From contig JBFWNW010000002.1 of assembly GCA_050250855.1 (NCBI GenBank), positions 64,001 through 128,000 of the forward strand: a stretch of DNA of 64,000 bases. Direction: 5' to 3'. Of the stretch, positions 9,658 to 19,314 are shown one piece after another (positions within the stretch are counted from its first letter, which is position 1; each line of letters starts with the position of its first letter). A program made the position numbers and the translations under genes. Under the pieces are notes generated by a model. That model did no database searches. It was given only the letters and a program-made list of their open reading frames with translations, and was not told the origin of the DNA. This DNA is from Candidatus Babeliales bacterium. Its GTDB lineage: Bacteria; Babelota; Babeliae; Babelales; JACPOV01.

Positions 9658-10044
9658 CTACTTTAATTCTACTTCTTGTTCTTCTAAACTCTTGTAAAAA
9701 GCAGAGCGTAGCCATACTTTATCAACTGCTTGAAGAGCTACAGCAAATACTGCATAATGAAATGCCGCCCATAAACCCATATAAGAACTCCTCTGCAGAG
9801 AACTTTTGATATCGCGACGGCCAAGGTCACTTATTGTGCATATAGTAATTGGAAACAAAAATTTATATGCCGCCCATGTCCCTACCATAATTGATGCAGC
9901 ATTTATATTAGCACGAACATTAAAGTACCAATCAGTTGAACTATATTGCTTTGGCAAATTATTTTTTTCACTTGAAAAGGTTGTACTTATTGCAGAAGAA
10001 AGCAATACTACCAATGCAAAATTTTTATAATGAGCTAAAAACAT
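9658..10044 (-). CDS. Hypothetical exported/membrane protein (paralogue of 10176-10814)
   Basis: Signal peptide; shares DWYFNVR and DKxWL...YKSLEEQ with its neighbour; RBS GAGGAG. Confidence 0.75.
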   Translation of the reverse strand: MFLAHYKNFALVVLLSSAISTTFSSEKNNLPKQYSSTDWYFNVRANINAASIMVGTWAAYKFLFPITICTISDLGRRDIKSSLQRSSYMGLWAAFHYAVFAVALQAVDKVWLRSAFYKSLEEQEVELK

Positions 10045-10120
10045 ATACTCTCCTCATAGTGTTAATATAAAAAATTAAAATCTAGCTTCATACTAAACAT
10101 CGATAAAGAAAATATACAAT

Positions 10121-10152
10121 AAAAAAAGGGCTGAGAAAAATCCCAGCCCTTT
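10121..10152 (-). terminator. Intrinsic terminator
   Basis: AAAGGGCTG...CAGCCCTTT followed by a T run on the minus strand. Confidence 0.7.
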
Positions 10153-10175
10153 AAATAGTTTTTTTGGTCTATATC

Positions 10176-10814
10176 TTAGTTTGCTTCTTGCTCTTCTGCT
10201 GCAACAGCAACCTCTTCTTTTTGAACAGCATCACTACTTGCTTCATTAGCTAAACTCGCTGCATTTTCAAGTACAACCATAAAAGGATGTTTTTCTGTCT
10301 CTTTATACTCAGCTTCAGTTTGTTTTTCTGAACTCTTCAAGCAGGATTTCATTATAGCCTCAATACGATTTATCTCATCCTTAAGCATAACCACAAAAGA
10401 ATTATTTTCTGCCTCTTTATGCTCAGCTTTATTTTGCTCTTCTAAGCTCTTGTAGTAAGCAGGGCTAAGCCATAGTTTATCAATTGCTTTCAGGGCTAAA
10501 ATCATACCTGCATAGGAAAACATATGGGGAAGTCCATACTGAGAAGCATTGTAAAAAGCATCTGCAAAAGAACAAGGATGAATAAACATGCTCCCCTTTA
10601 CCTTAAAACTACGGATTAGATAAATATATTCAGATACTGCATAAGTTCCTGCAATAATTGCTGCAGAATTCAAGTTAGTACGAACATTAAAATACCAGTC
10701 AGCTGCGCTGTGCCCTTTTGGCAAAGATTTTTCTTGCTCTCCTGAAACTGCTGTACCAACTATAGAGAAAAGCAATGCAGCTAATGCAAAGTTTTTATAA
10801 CGAGACAGAAACAT
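10176..10814 (-). CDS. Hypothetical exported/membrane protein with acidic tail
   Basis: Signal peptide; paralogy with 9658-10044; internal tail repeat. Confidence 0.75.
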   Translation of the reverse strand: MFLSRYKNFALAALLFSIVGTAVSGEQEKSLPKGHSAADWYFNVRTNLNSAAIIAGTYAVSEYIYLIRSFKVKGSMFIHPCSFADAFYNASQYGLPHMFSYAGMILALKAIDKLWLSPAYYKSLEEQNKAEHKEAENNSFVVMLKDEINRIEAIMKSCLKSSEKQTEAEYKETEKHPFMVVLENAASLANEASSDAVQKEEVAVAAEEQEAN

Positions 10815-11025
10815 AAAATCCCCTACAAGGTTAATTTTGTTATAATAAAGATTAGATCTGCCTTAAGAATAACTTCTACTATAAAAATGTCAATTCAAAA
10901 GAACTGCTTGCCCATCACCTTTTAATTCAAATAGAAAACTATAAATAACGCCTTTTTGACTTTTTTTTAAAAATCTATAATGTTATACATATATGGGTAA
11001 AAAATAGCTATAAATGGAGGCTATC

Positions 11026-11772
11026 ATGCAAAAACGGTTATTATTATCTCTTTCCCTGCTTTTGGCAAGTTCTTCACTCTTTTGCCAACAAGAAACACCT
11101 AAACTTAATAACACTAATACGATCATTGCCTGGGATTTTCATGACGTTTTAGTAAGAAAAAATTGGTCTAATATAGGGTCTTCTGCCCTTAATTTGATAA
11201 AAAAAGATTGGAGTCTTTTAGGCTATTTATTCTCTCCTATTTCATTTTATATTCCAGCGTATAGAATAATAAAAAATTCAAGCAACCCTGAAGAAATTGT
11301 TGATAAACTGATCAGCAATTATGGTTATTTAAAACAACATGAAGATGACCTTTTAAATCTTGTTAATCAGCATGACCTTATTCCAGAATCTGTTACTGCA
11401 CTAGAGCTCTTAAAAAAACAAGGTTACAAAAATTACCTAGCTTCAAATATGGGACCAAAATCATACACAATAAATCAAAAACGTTTTTCAGAATTTATGA
11501 ATAAGTTTGATGGTAAATTTATTCCTTCTGACAATACTGAACAGGATAAAAAACCAAAACCATTTTTAGAATATTTTTATGGTCTGCGATCATTTCTTAA
11601 TACACAAAAAGATATAACAGATCAAACAACTATCATTTTCCTTGATGATAGTGCAAAAAACATTAAAGCAGCAAATGAATCTCAAAAAAATATTATTGGG
11701 CTGCACGTTACTGATCCCAAAAATATAAAAAATCTTTTGAATAACCATATTACTCTAAATCAGGATGTATAA
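11026..11772 (+). CDS. Exported HAD-family hydrolase
   Basis: Signal peptide; IIAWDFHDVL, LASNMG, KP, IFLDDSAKNI; RBS GGAGG before ATG 11026. Confidence 0.75.
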   Translation: MQKRLLLSLSLLLASSSLFCQQETPKLNNTNTIIAWDFHDVLVRKNWSNIGSSALNLIKKDWSLLGYLFSPISFYIPAYRIIKNSSNPEEIVDKLISNYGYLKQHEDDLLNLVNQHDLIPESVTALELLKKQGYKNYLASNMGPKSYTINQKRFSEFMNKFDGKFIPSDNTEQDKKPKPFLEYFYGLRSFLNTQKDITDQTTIIFLDDSAKNIKAANESQKNIIGLHVTDPKNIKNLLNNHITLNQDV

Positions 11773-13208
11773 TGAAATTATTTAACTACGCTATACCGTT
11801 CTTTCTTTTTGCAACCTTTTCAACGCCACTATTAAGTAAAAAAACCAAAACAAAAAAATATGATTGGCAAAAAGAAGACCACTGGAATTGGTCAACAGTT
11901 GACTCCATGAGCAATGAAGATTTCTGGCAGCAATTAACACGCTTCTTCCCTCAAGATTTTGCTTGGGGTGTTGCAACATCAGCATTCCAAATGGAAGGAA
12001 CACAATCTGCTCATGGCAAACATTGTTTAAATAGTTGGACTAAAAATGCACAACTTGCTCAACCGGGCATTGCAACTGGCCACTGGGATCGTTACAAAGA
12101 AGACGTTCAGTTGATTAAAAAAGCAGGTTTTACGCACTACCGCTTTTCTATAGAATGGAGCAAAGTTGAGCCTGAATGTGGTGTTTTTGACGAAGATGCT
12201 CTGCAGCATTATAGTGATCTTGTTGATGAACTTATCGCCAACGGCATTACTCCCATTCCTTGCCTTTTCCATCATGCATGGCCGCTGTGGTTTGATGATA
12301 AAGATCATTTTGAAAAAACAGAAAATATCCATTATTTTACCCAATTTGCTTTATACGTATTTGAAAAACTGCATCACAAAATTCAGATGTGGATGACGTT
12401 TAATGAACCTGCCGGTTATGCAATGGCTGCTTACGTTGATGCAAAATATCCACCGTGCAAAAAACTTGCCTTTAAAGAATGTGGCATTTGGCTTAAAAAT
12501 GTTTTAAATGCGCACGTTGCTGTTGCTATGAAATTTAAAGAGATTAACCCAACAGTACAAGTTGGCTTTCCTCATATGTTCAATCCTTTAGATCCTTACA
12601 ATAGTTGGAATCCTTGCGATTATAAAATAACAGGAGAATTTAACTATTTACTCCATGATGTAACGCTCAATTTCTTTAAAACAGGACATTTTGATTGGAA
12701 AATTTCTTTATTTGGTATGAATACCTATCGCATTCGTGATTACAACAAAAATGCACCAAAGTCACTCGATTATTTAGGTGTTAACTATTACAGCCATACC
12801 ACTATAGGTTGGTTTAAGCGTAAAGTGCGTGAAAATGAACCTTATACTGGCGGTAAGAATGGCAGAACTATTTATCCAGAAGGTTTGTATCGTTCTATTA
12901 AAAAAGCCAATGAACTTGCAACTGCTCTTAACATTCCGCTTTATATTGCAGAAAATGGTGTTAACGATCCACAAGACATTTGGAAAAATGAGTTCTTAAA
13001 AAAACATTTATCAGTTATTACACGAGCAATGCAAGAAGGCATTGATATTCGTGGCTACTACTGGTGGACTTTGCTTGATTCATTCTCATGGTCCCACAAT
13101 ACTGATAGCAAAATGGGTTTTTATGCTGTTGATGAAAACCTTAACAGAACATTACGCTTTGGCGTTCAGCCTTTTATTGAATTCATGAAAACAGTACAAG
13201 CGAGTTAA
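11772..13208 (+). CDS. Glycoside hydrolase family 1 (beta-glucosidase-like) with signal peptide
   Basis: FAWGVATSAFQMEG, YRFSIEWSK, TFNEP (acid/base), IAENG (nucleophile), GYYWWTLLD. Confidence 0.92.
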   Translation: MKLFNYAIPFFLFATFSTPLLSKKTKTKKYDWQKEDHWNWSTVDSMSNEDFWQQLTRFFPQDFAWGVATSAFQMEGTQSAHGKHCLNSWTKNAQLAQPGIATGHWDRYKEDVQLIKKAGFTHYRFSIEWSKVEPECGVFDEDALQHYSDLVDELIANGITPIPCLFHHAWPLWFDDKDHFEKTENIHYFTQFALYVFEKLHHKIQMWMTFNEPAGYAMAAYVDAKYPPCKKLAFKECGIWLKNVLNAHVAVAMKFKEINPTVQVGFPHMFNPLDPYNSWNPCDYKITGEFNYLLHDVTLNFFKTGHFDWKISLFGMNTYRIRDYNKNAPKSLDYLGVNYYSHTTIGWFKRKVRENEPYTGGKNGRTIYPEGLYRSIKKANELATALNIPLYIAENGVNDPQDIWKNEFLKKHLSVITRAMQEGIDIRGYYWWTLLDSFSWSHNTDSKMGFYAVDENLNRTLRFGVQPFIEFMKTVQAS

Positions 13209-13213
13209 AAACT

Positions 13214-13243
13214 AAAAAGGGCCGGCTAAACACCGGCCCTTTA
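13214..13243. terminator. Bidirectional intrinsic terminator
   Basis: AAAGGGCCGG-ctaaaca-CCGGCCCTTT between convergent genes. Confidence 0.8.
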
Positions 13244-13264
13244 TTCTTTTTCTAAAAAAACTAA

Positions 13265-13900
13265 TTATGAAACTAAAGGATAAATTTCAACGCGGCGGTT
13301 AGCAGCTTGGCCTTCCTTAGTTACCGCTTGCTCCATAATCATAGGCTCATCATAGCCAACGCCAATCAAAATGCGTTTGCTTTCTGGCACGCCAAGCATA
13401 TTTGCAGCATGAATAGCACGCTCATTAGATCTAATCATATTATATAAAGAATCACCTTTTGGCGACCAACAGCAAGCATGGCCACGGAAGACAATTTTAT
13501 AGCCTTTCTTTTGCCATTTATTAATTTCTGAGCGCACTGCTTTAAGCTGAGCTTTTTGATCCGCTCGCGGCTCATTACTGTCATAATCAAAATAAATGCA
13601 GCATTTCTCTCCCTCAGTACGGGCTGGTTTTAAGCGGAATTCTTCTTTTGCATCAGCCTTCGCTACCACCATTCCTTTATCATGAGACTCTTCGTCTAAA
13701 ACAAAGGTTTCTACGTCATCAAATGTATTAGTATCTTCATCAAAAAAGCTTAAAAGGGTTCCTTTTGAATCACCACCTAAAGGCATAGCTAATTTTTGGC
13801 CCTCAGTATCAGGCTTAACTTCCTTGACCTGCTTGTCTCCACAGCCGGCAAGAACTCCTAGTAAGATAATAAAAAGGGGGAATAAATTGCGTTTTTTCAT
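13265..13900 (-). CDS. OmpA-C/Pal-like peptidoglycan-associated lipoprotein
   Basis: Lipobox LAGC; IYFDYDS, GHA, SNERA, GVGYDEP, NRRVEI; start at ATG 13900 after GAGGAG. Confidence 0.85.
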   Translation of the reverse strand: MKKRNLFPLFIILLGVLAGCGDKQVKEVKPDTEGQKLAMPLGGDSKGTLLSFFDEDTNTFDDVETFVLDEESHDKGMVVAKADAKEEFRLKPARTEGEKCCIYFDYDSNEPRADQKAQLKAVRSEINKWQKKGYKIVFRGHACCWSPKGDSLYNMIRSNERAIHAANMLGVPESKRILIGVGYDEPMIMEQAVTKEGQAANRRVEIYPLVS

Positions 13901-14082
13901 AGAAATCTCCTCTAAAAAACTCATTATACTCAGGTTCAGATAGGGGAAACGTACCATATTTTTAACTATTTTACTAGAAGATTCTCTCGTTTCCTGTAAT
14001 TTGTTGTACGAATAAGGTATACTAGAATTATACCTGGTTAAGGTTAAAAAATTATAGTTATTTAGGGGCGGATTGGAGATCC

Positions 14083-15591
14083 ATGAAAAAAATTTTAATA
14101 CAAGTAACCCTTTGGCAAACAAAGGTTGCTATACTCCGGGATGGAGAACTACAGAATATCTATTTTTCATCCCCGGTCAGTGAAAATCTTGAACGTTCAT
14201 ATTTTAAGGGTATTGTTAATAAGGTACTGCCTGGGATACAAACAGCCTTTGTAGACATCGGGCAACCAAAAGCAGGCTTTTTACATATATCAGAAATTGA
14301 TCGAGAGCTTGCACTCCAGCGCATGAGCTCTACCGTAGATCTTGAAGATTTTAAGGATTCAAAACCTGAGCCTTCTCCATCTCGTCATGGTATGGATATT
14401 AGCAAGATATTCAAGGAAAATGAGAATATCTTAGTACAAGTAAGCAAAGAACCTGTTTATGAAAAAGGGGCTAAACTTACTACCTGCTTTACCATTCCTG
14501 GTAGATTTCTTGTTCTTATGCCCAATATTCCCCGCATAGCTATTTCTAAAAAAATAGAAGACCGAGAAGAACGCGCACGCCTTAAAGAATTGGTTTTGGC
14601 TAATTTACCTGAGGGTATGGGCGCTATTATACGTACAACTTCAGAAAAACGTTTAGAAAAAGAAATCATTCGCGACCTGCATTACTTAGTTGATATTTGG
14701 AATACTATTCTAAAAAAATATCAAGCTGCAAAACCTACTGAAAAAATTTATGAAGATTTACCATTAGTGCTCAGCATTGTGCGTGATCATCTTGATGAAG
14801 ATGTAGAAGATGTTGTTATTGATGATCAAAGAACACAAGTTGAAGTCTATAAATTTGTAAAAACAATAGCACCAGAATATGCTCAACGCATCCATTATTA
14901 TGCAGGGCCTCAAGATTTATTTGAGCGCTTTAATGTTAATAAGCAACTAGAAGAAGCACTTTCTGAAAAAGTTCATCTAAAATCTGGCGGTTCTATTATT
15001 GTTGAAACTACACAAGCTATGACCGTTATTGATGTAAATACTGGTAAATTTATAGGTAAAACAGATTTAGAAGAAACAATACTTAAGACAAATTTAGAAG
15101 CTGCTGAAGAAGTTGTACGCCAGTTGCGCTTGCGCAACATTGGTGGGCTTATTGTTATTGACTTTATTGATATGGCAACGCATGCCCACCGCCAAAAGCT
15201 TTTAAAATTTCTAGAGCGCATGCTTAAAGAGCGTGATAAATTCCAATCTGTGGTACTGAAAGTTTCTGAGTTTGGGCTTATTCAGATGACGCGTAAGCGT
15301 TCAGGCAAAACATTGTTGCAGGAATTAATGACAACCTGTCCAACCTGTAAAAGTCTTGGTGTTATTAAATCAATCCAAACGCAATGTTATACAATTTTGG
15401 AAAAAATAAAAATCGCTTTAGAAAAAAAGAAAACTGAACCAAAAATAACCCTTGTTCTTAACCATGAAATGTTTGAATACATGACTGGCATAGAATACAA
15501 CGTTATTCTTGAGCTTGAGAAAAAATACAATGCCAAAATTACTCTCGTAAGCGATGAAACCATGCACTTACTAGAGTTTGAGATTCAGTAA
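14083..15591 (+). CDS. rng: Ribonuclease G/E family
   Basis: VLPGIQTAFVDIG, VIDVNTG, RLRNIGGLIVIDFIDM, CPTC. Confidence 0.92.
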   Translation: MKKILIQVTLWQTKVAILRDGELQNIYFSSPVSENLERSYFKGIVNKVLPGIQTAFVDIGQPKAGFLHISEIDRELALQRMSSTVDLEDFKDSKPEPSPSRHGMDISKIFKENENILVQVSKEPVYEKGAKLTTCFTIPGRFLVLMPNIPRIAISKKIEDREERARLKELVLANLPEGMGAIIRTTSEKRLEKEIIRDLHYLVDIWNTILKKYQAAKPTEKIYEDLPLVLSIVRDHLDEDVEDVVIDDQRTQVEVYKFVKTIAPEYAQRIHYYAGPQDLFERFNVNKQLEEALSEKVHLKSGGSIIVETTQAMTVIDVNTGKFIGKTDLEETILKTNLEAAEEVVRQLRLRNIGGLIVIDFIDMATHAHRQKLLKFLERMLKERDKFQSVVLKVSEFGLIQMTRKRSGKTLLQELMTTCPTCKSLGVIKSIQTQCYTILEKIKIALEKKKTEPKITLVLNHEMFEYMTGIEYNVILELEKKYNAKITLVSDETMHLLEFEIQ

Positions 15592-15597
15592 TTTTTA

Positions 15598-16443
15598 TTA
15601 TGGATTTCCATATTTTTTGAATATTTTTTCAACAAAAATACGGTTTGATTCTTTAGAAAGCTTTACTGCATGGTTATAATCAGCATTAAGTTTAAACGTT
15701 TTTTCTTCATTGCAACGATCAAAACCATAGCCTTCCCATAATTTTTCCCAGTTTTCTTTATACTCCAAACAACTGAGAATGGTAGGCAATGCTCCTTCAA
15801 GCCAAGCATCATTTTTTCTATAGATTTCGCACAGTTCAATAAAATCATCTTTATATACCGCTGGTATATATGCTATATCTGCATATGCATGACAGATGCA
15901 ATTATCTCCCCAGTTAGCTTTTAACATTTCCTTATAGCAATCAGGCGTTTCTTTATAAGCATTCTTTAGTGCTTCATAACCAAATTTTGTTGGCCACCAA
16001 CAATTAGTAATTGCTCTAATCCCTTTATTTAAATTAACAGCTTCTCCAATATCATATCTATGCCAATTAACGAATACATGATTAGCGGCCCATATTTTTG
16101 ATAGATCAAAACGATTATAACGCCAAACATTCATTAAGCAATCATCGTGACAGAACAAATACCCTTTATAATCAGGAAATCTTTGCATAGCATCACTAAG
16201 AGCATAATAACTAAATGCCCCTCGCTCCTCTTCAATCGCATAAACGTCAGGACACTCACTTGGTCCATAAAAAATTACTTTAGAAAAATAAGGCTCATAG
16301 ATCTTTTTTAAAAATGAGATTGCTTCATAATGAGCAAAATTAAAATTTATAATTAAAAGAACATCATCAAACATTTTTCCATAATTAGAAAAAATAATAG
16401 TAAAGACAAAAAAATAAACAATTCTTTTACTAAAAAAAACCAT
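15598..16443 (-). CDS. Exported putative glycosyltransferase resembling the STELLO/DUF288 C-terminal domain
   Basis: DVLLIINFN...IYEPYFSKVIFYGP...GYLFCHDD...NVW...DLSKIW; signal peptide; family recognised by eye. Confidence 0.55.
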   Translation of the reverse strand: MVFFSKRIVYFFVFTIIFSNYGKMFDDVLLIINFNFAHYEAISFLKKIYEPYFSKVIFYGPSECPDVYAIEEERGAFSYYALSDAMQRFPDYKGYLFCHDDCLMNVWRYNRFDLSKIWAANHVFVNWHRYDIGEAVNLNKGIRAITNCWWPTKFGYEALKNAYKETPDCYKEMLKANWGDNCICHAYADIAYIPAVYKDDFIELCEIYRKNDAWLEGALPTILSCLEYKENWEKLWEGYGFDRCNEEKTFKLNADYNHAVKLSKESNRIFVEKIFKKYGNP

Positions 16444-16455
16444 AGGTTTCCCTTT

Positions 16456-17535
16456 CTAGTGTGTTATAGTTTTATAATAGCTATAAGCCTTTTCAAGCAT
16501 AGCTATTTGCTCCGGTGTAAAAATTAACTCTCTTTTGTAATCAGGAATAGTTAATGATAACACGGTATCAATAAAATATTCTGTAGAAAATAGAAATGCC
16601 ATTTCGCTCTTCAAGTAAGCTTTAATATTTTTAATATATTGATCATATTCTTCTTTTTTCATCTTTTTCATAAATTTATATAATTCTCGATTATTTTTAA
16701 ATTTACGGCGATCAATAAAGCAACTTGGCCATACACAATCGGTAATATTTTCTGCACCCCAATAGACTGGTACACAGCCAGAAACTAAACAATCAAAAAT
16801 TTTTTCTGTAATATAGCCAGGAACATTATTACAATTTTCATAACAAATGCAAAATTTATAATTTTTTAATACTGGGCGTTTATGAGGAACCTTGCCTTTA
16901 AATGTCTTAAATTGCGATGCAGGCCAACCACCTTCACCATAAAAATCAAATTTTTTTCTCCTTTTACTTTTTTTCTCAAAAAAATTAATTACTTCTCTTC
17001 GTGCAGAATATAACTGGCCAACTCCTCCTGACATCTTATAGCTTACTATCATAGTGCACAATTTCTTTTGATCAAAAGAAGGAATATCTTTTTCTATTTC
17101 TAATGATGGTTGAGGATAAAAAAACTTTAAAGCTTTATCGTTATCAATCATTGCATCAGATAAATATAAAATTTTTTTACAATAAGGCCGATAATCAAAA
17201 CTATACATTCCTGGCGCAATCAGAGGCGGTTCAAAAACTCCAAAAATAGATTTTTCTTGCAATGTTTTCGGCAAAAGATCGACATTAGGAGTATTTAAAA
17301 AAAAAGCCCCTATACAATTATCATCATTATAATCACTAAGCTCTAAACAGCTTGGATGATAACCAAGATTTTTTATGGCTTGTGCAAAATCGTAAAACAT
17401 CTTCCATCCATTATCGCGACAAGGGTAATTAGGAATATTTAATATTTCATCAGACAAATTAAAATAAAATACTTTTTCTGTTCCAACTACAGTAAAAAAA
17501 GCTAAAAAAACTAATACTCTTATCTTATTATTCAT
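16456..17535 (-). CDS. GT10 fucosyltransferase-family protein, signal peptide
   Basis: YKFCICYEN...GYITEKIFDCLVSGCVPVYWG; FEPP. Confidence 0.88.
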   Translation of the reverse strand: MNNKIRVLVFLAFFTVVGTEKVFYFNLSDEILNIPNYPCRDNGWKMFYDFAQAIKNLGYHPSCLELSDYNDDNCIGAFFLNTPNVDLLPKTLQEKSIFGVFEPPLIAPGMYSFDYRPYCKKILYLSDAMIDNDKALKFFYPQPSLEIEKDIPSFDQKKLCTMIVSYKMSGGVGQLYSARREVINFFEKKSKRRKKFDFYGEGGWPASQFKTFKGKVPHKRPVLKNYKFCICYENCNNVPGYITEKIFDCLVSGCVPVYWGAENITDCVWPSCFIDRRKFKNNRELYKFMKKMKKEEYDQYIKNIKAYLKSEMAFLFSTEYFIDTVLSLTIPDYKRELIFTPEQIAMLEKAYSYYKTITH

Positions 17536-17542
17536 ATATTTT

Positions 17543-18391
17543 CTACGCCTTCAAGTAACTATGTTGTAAATGGGGATTAAAAAAAAGAGCCGCGAGCGCA
17601 ACATTTGATACGCCATGGATAAAATGATCACACTTAGAAAGCAACTGTGTTTCAATCAAAACCTGTTCTCCCATTAATGCTCTATTTTTTACTTGTTGGT
17701 TCCATATATGTAATCCTGTATCATCAAGAGATCGATAGGAGTCATAATAGATCACCTTACCAGGTAATTTCTTTTTTAATTCATCAAGAACTCGTTGATC
17801 ATCAGTCGCTACCAAAAATTGTGCTCCCTTATGCTTAGAAGCCTCTTCTATATACTGCTTAAGAGGAATTCGCGGTGCTTCATTATGGTCTGTTCTGCGT
17901 ACATGAATACCGACCGTCTTTTTACCTTGCATATTTTTGTGATAAAAATCATCAATTTTTGCACTAATTTGAGGTTTTATATGTATATATTTTTCTATAT
18001 ATGAGTTAATAAAAGATCTATATTCATAAGAAAAATTTTGTTCATATCCAATATATCCGCAAGGTATAGCTTGACCATCTGGCGTAACATAATCTTCATG
18101 TATTACATCACCAGAATTATACTGAGCTTCTGAGACGGGATAAAAATAATATTCCCAAATATTATCACTTCCATTATAAGTTCCTGATACTTTATAATAA
18201 GCAGGAGCACGGTTCCAATGTACCACAAGATCTAGCCCTTTTTCTTCACACCATATAAGATGACTGACTACACCAAATATATTAGAAAAAAGACCTGCCC
18301 AGCGACCACCTAAAACATAATGATCTTTTGAAAAAGAGAAAAAACTAAAAAATATAATCGACATACAAAGAAAACAAGAATAATTTTTCAT
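17543..18391 (-). CDS. NodZ/FUT8-like (GT23-type) fucosyltransferase, signal peptide
   Basis: AGLFSN, NIWEYYF, VGIHVRRTD, FLVATDD, LLSKCDHFIHGVSNV. Confidence 0.8.
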   Translation of the reverse strand: MKNYSCFLCMSIIFFSFFSFSKDHYVLGGRWAGLFSNIFGVVSHLIWCEEKGLDLVVHWNRAPAYYKVSGTYNGSDNIWEYYFYPVSEAQYNSGDVIHEDYVTPDGQAIPCGYIGYEQNFSYEYRSFINSYIEKYIHIKPQISAKIDDFYHKNMQGKKTVGIHVRRTDHNEAPRIPLKQYIEEASKHKGAQFLVATDDQRVLDELKKKLPGKVIYYDSYRSLDDTGLHIWNQQVKNRALMGEQVLIETQLLSKCDHFIHGVSNVALAALFFNPHLQHSYLKA

Positions 18392-18426
18392 TAACTATTT
18401 CCTCAACAAAAATCTGTTTTATAGCT

Positions 18427-19311
18427 CTAAGAAATAACCAAGCCTACCTTAAAATCTTCCGTCATTTTTAAATATATGCTTTTTAATAATGGATTAAAAA
18501 ACAATGCACCCAAGGAAACATTTGATACAGAGTGAATAAAACAATCGCACAAAGAAAGTAGCTTTGATTCTATAAGCACTTGCTCTCCCATAAGAGCTTT
18601 ATTATCTACTTGTGGGTTCCATATATGCAATCCTTTATTATTTGAAGAACGATACGCATCATAATAAATAACGTTTCCCTTTAGTTTTTGTTTTAAAATA
18701 TCTAACACTGATTGATCATCGGTCGCTACTAAAAACTGCACATCTTTAAAAGAATTTGCCACCTGAATATAAGCATTAAGAGGAATGCGTGGCGATTCAT
18801 AATGATCTGTTCTTCTAACGTGAATTCCTATTGTTGCTTTACCTTCCATATTTTTTTTATAAAAATCATTCATTTTTTCAAGAATAGAAGGCTTTATGTG
18901 AATATATCTTTGAATATAGGAGTTAATAAATGATCTATATTCATAAGAAAGATTTTTTTCATATAAATAATATAAACATTCAATAGCTTCTCCATCTGGT
19001 GGCGTATAATCTGCGTGCAATTCATCACCAAGTTGATAGTGAGCTTCTGAAACAGGATAAAAATAATATTCCCAAATATTATCACTGCCATTATAACCAT
19101 CACTCATCTTGTAAAAAGAAGGCTCATCTTTCCAATAAACTACTAAGTCCATTCCCTGTTTTTCACACCAAATGAGATGATTAATGACCCCAAGGATATT
19201 TGAAAATAACCCTGTCTGCCGACCTGTCAAAACATAATAATTATTACTTAAACAAGAAAATGATTGTCCTAAGAAAAAAACTCCTATAATAATTTTTACA
19301 AAAAACCGCAT
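18427..19311 (-). CDS. NodZ/FUT8-like (GT23-type) fucosyltransferase, signal peptide
   Basis: Close paralogue of 17543-18391; IGIHVRRTD, FLVATDD. Confidence 0.8.
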   Translation of the reverse strand: MRFFVKIIIGVFFLGQSFSCLSNNYYVLTGRQTGLFSNILGVINHLIWCEKQGMDLVVYWKDEPSFYKMSDGYNGSDNIWEYYFYPVSEAHYQLGDELHADYTPPDGEAIECLYYLYEKNLSYEYRSFINSYIQRYIHIKPSILEKMNDFYKKNMEGKATIGIHVRRTDHYESPRIPLNAYIQVANSFKDVQFLVATDDQSVLDILKQKLKGNVIYYDAYRSSNNKGLHIWNPQVDNKALMGEQVLIESKLLSLCDCFIHSVSNVSLGALFFNPLLKSIYLKMTEDFKVGLVIS

Positions 19312-19314
19312 AAC

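Noticed and set aside
13901..14122. Long N-terminal extension of the Pal-like ORF overlapping rng
   Set aside because: The lipoprotein signal and RBS place the start at 13900
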